Part shown: in pieces, positions 61,711 through 64,000 of the stretch
Layout of the letters: each line of letters begins with the position of its first letter
Position numbering within the stretch: the first letter of the stretch is position 1
Source: Camelus dromedarius
Taxonomy: Eukaryota
DNA length: 64,000 nt
Direction of reading: 5' to 3'
Assembly (NCBI RefSeq): GCF_036321535.1
Contig: NC_087437.1
Location: 88,104,001-88,168,000 of the forward strand
Notes under the pieces: generated by a model
Told to the model about the DNA's origin: nothing
The model's database searches: none
The model's input: only the letters and a program-made list of their open reading frames with translations
Translations under genes and position numbers: made by a program

Positions 61711-64000
61711 AAAAATAAAAATAAAAATAAAATACGGATTTCATTTTAAAGGGGGTTAAAAAATACTCAATGAAGCACTTAAAAATCAGAAGGCCAAATG
61801 TGTTCCTAGACTCAAAATGTCTATCATCATTTTCAACACAGCCATTAAACTATAAAATTAACAAACCAGAATATTTAGGGGCAGAACCATATTGTTTCTT
61901 TCCTTTTCACTCCTTCCCTAGATTTAGTATATATGTGAATTTCCTCTATCTTTTTATCCATATTTATCAGAAATATTCAACTTTTTTTAGTGTAAATAAA
62001 TATTTGATTTTAGAAAGTTAGAAAAACTTGTATTCATTTTATTCTTATAAATAACTATCAACTTCATACATTCAATTACTATAGTATGCTATGTTCTTTG
62101 GGTGGCAAGATTTCAGGCTCCTTTTTTAATTATATTTCTTTAGTAGTTTCCAAATTTTTTCTTAGAATTTAAATTAAGGACAAAATAAATCTGGACTAGG
62201 AAAAATAAAAGGTGGGCATTGCAGTTTTAGCTTTACCTCTTTTTTTACTTTCTGTATCTACAGAAAAATACAATAATAGTTGATTTTTACAACAATAGTT
62301 TTCAGATATTTCAAAATTCTAAGTAGAAGATTAAAACAGAGTATTATGTAAGATTGAGTATAATCCTTTGAAGTCCACTGGTGCTAATGTTCAATACTTT
62401 CGAGTTGCATTTGTTTGCTTCTTATTCAAATAATATACAAATGCCAATATTTTCATAGATTAAAAGAATGAATAATGTATGCCAGTATATTCCCAAATAG
62501 GAATAAATTAAGATTCCATAAGTCTTTTTAACTTTGTGACTCAATCATACTTCAAATTTTTTAGTTTTTTCTTTTTAGTTATTAAAGACACTTCTGTTAC
62601 AAAAAAGTATGAAAACCATAGATCAAGGGAAAGGAGAAATAAATTTCCCATGATCAATATTATGATTTTTCACTAGAGACTATAATAAAGATTTACTTTT
62701 TTAAAATAAATGAATGACCTAGAAAAAATTAATCTCTTTTCTTATTTATAATATTCTAGTTAGAGACTGGCCATGGAATTAAGGCAAAATCTGATGATTC
62801 TGACCAAACGTTGCAGCAAAAGTTCTAAAAGACAGTAAGTTATAAAATATAAAACAAAGAAGAGCTAGAGTGAATTTTGAAGCACAAAAATACATAATTT
62901 AAAACTGATTTTATACACGAAATCATGGAACATAAACAAGTTTGGGGCTCAGAGGCATCAATGCTCTCAATAACAAGCCTGTTTTGCACTAGGATGTGTA
63001 AACACACAAATCAATTTGTTTGACTGAGATGCTAATTTTATCTTGAAAATTTTCCATTGTGTGAAACTTATCAGAGTATTAATACATTATTTAGAGTATG
63101 TGATAGACAGGGAAGATCAGCAAACACTGAAATACCCTGAAGATGTGGGAAAATGTTACTAAGCCTAAAGTTCTCAAAGAGAGATTTCTTTGCTCAAATC
63201 ATTTCATTTGCAGTCATTAAATCAATTTTTAACATTGAGATATTTAATGAAACTCTCACAATTTTATGATTTTAGGATATTTTCAACAAAACAGAAAACT
63301 AATGAAACACCAAAATGGTTGTTTCTAGATTATTCCATAGTTCTAAATGTTAACTGAAGTACATTTGGTAGAATATTTAACCCAGTTAGAAATTTTCAAG
63401 TTGTAAGTTTCTAATTTAGGTGTAGGTCTTTTGACTGAACAAAACAATTTGATTTAGTGGGAAATCCTTAGTGAGGACAGGCCAATTGCAGGAGCCTCAC
63501 CCTTGCAGAATTATTTAGGTCAAACTGGGGAAAGTGGAGACAAGTTGCCTGCCCTCGTGTCTTCTGGGGGGGAAGAGAGAGTGAAGGTGACTCATAAGGA
63601 ACAGTCCATGAGATGCCAAGCTACCTAGCAATGGAGCCTGTTGGTAGAGGCAGTGACGTGAGTAGGGAGGAGGTCAGGTGCTGCCCAAACTCCTGCTCGC
63701 TCTTTTTTTCTCTAGGGTTTTTGGCTCCTTGTCAACATGGTTGTTCTCTGCCTTTAGGATCCACTTTTGTGAAGTAATGGTTAAGAGCATGACCTTTAAA
63801 GCCAGACATGATGAATTTTTAACACAATTCTGTAATTCAGGTAAGTTGCTTAACTTCCCTCTTAGGGATGATGTAAAGATTAAAAGAAATAAAACAATAT
63901 GTGTTAGCTGTTATTGTTACACGCCTCACATTATTTCTCCCTTTCATTCATTCTGTTATTGTTGCTTTACTGTAAAAATATTTTGTCAGTTACATCCTGT

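Noticed and set aside
1..64000. CRISPR array, operon-like or other novel multi-gene system
   Set aside because: I saw no regularly spaced repeat-spacer array and no cluster of long ORFs. The window is eukaryotic repeat-rich DNA around a single GPCR exon.

Overview
This is a mammalian genomic window, most likely camelid, judged from three tRNA-derived SINEs of the Vic-1/camelid type and the absence of recognisable Alu, Bov-tA or PRE-1 elements. The only intact protein-coding sequence is the single coding exon of the serotonin receptor HTR1F (5-HT1F, 366 aa, minus strand, 28127-29227), with a splice acceptor 50 nt upstream of the ATG. About 8 kb upstream, on the opposite strand, is a disabled processed pseudogene of the mitophagy receptor BNIP3L/NIX (37288-38478). 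It has a 14-bp target-site duplication (TSD) but no poly(A) tail. The rest is AT-rich non-coding DNA full of L1, L2, MIR, MER5/MER58/Charlie, MaLR/ERVL and ERV1-type solo LTR remnants, including a multi-layer nested insertion stack at about 5-11.4 kb. I found no convincing novel multi-gene system. The best leads are the retrocopy, two HTR1F substitutions (Thr at 7.39 and Thr in helix 8), a CpG/CTCF/octamer candidate element near 18.3 kb, and four perfect short hairpins. Repeat family names come from recalled consensus similarity and were not computed.
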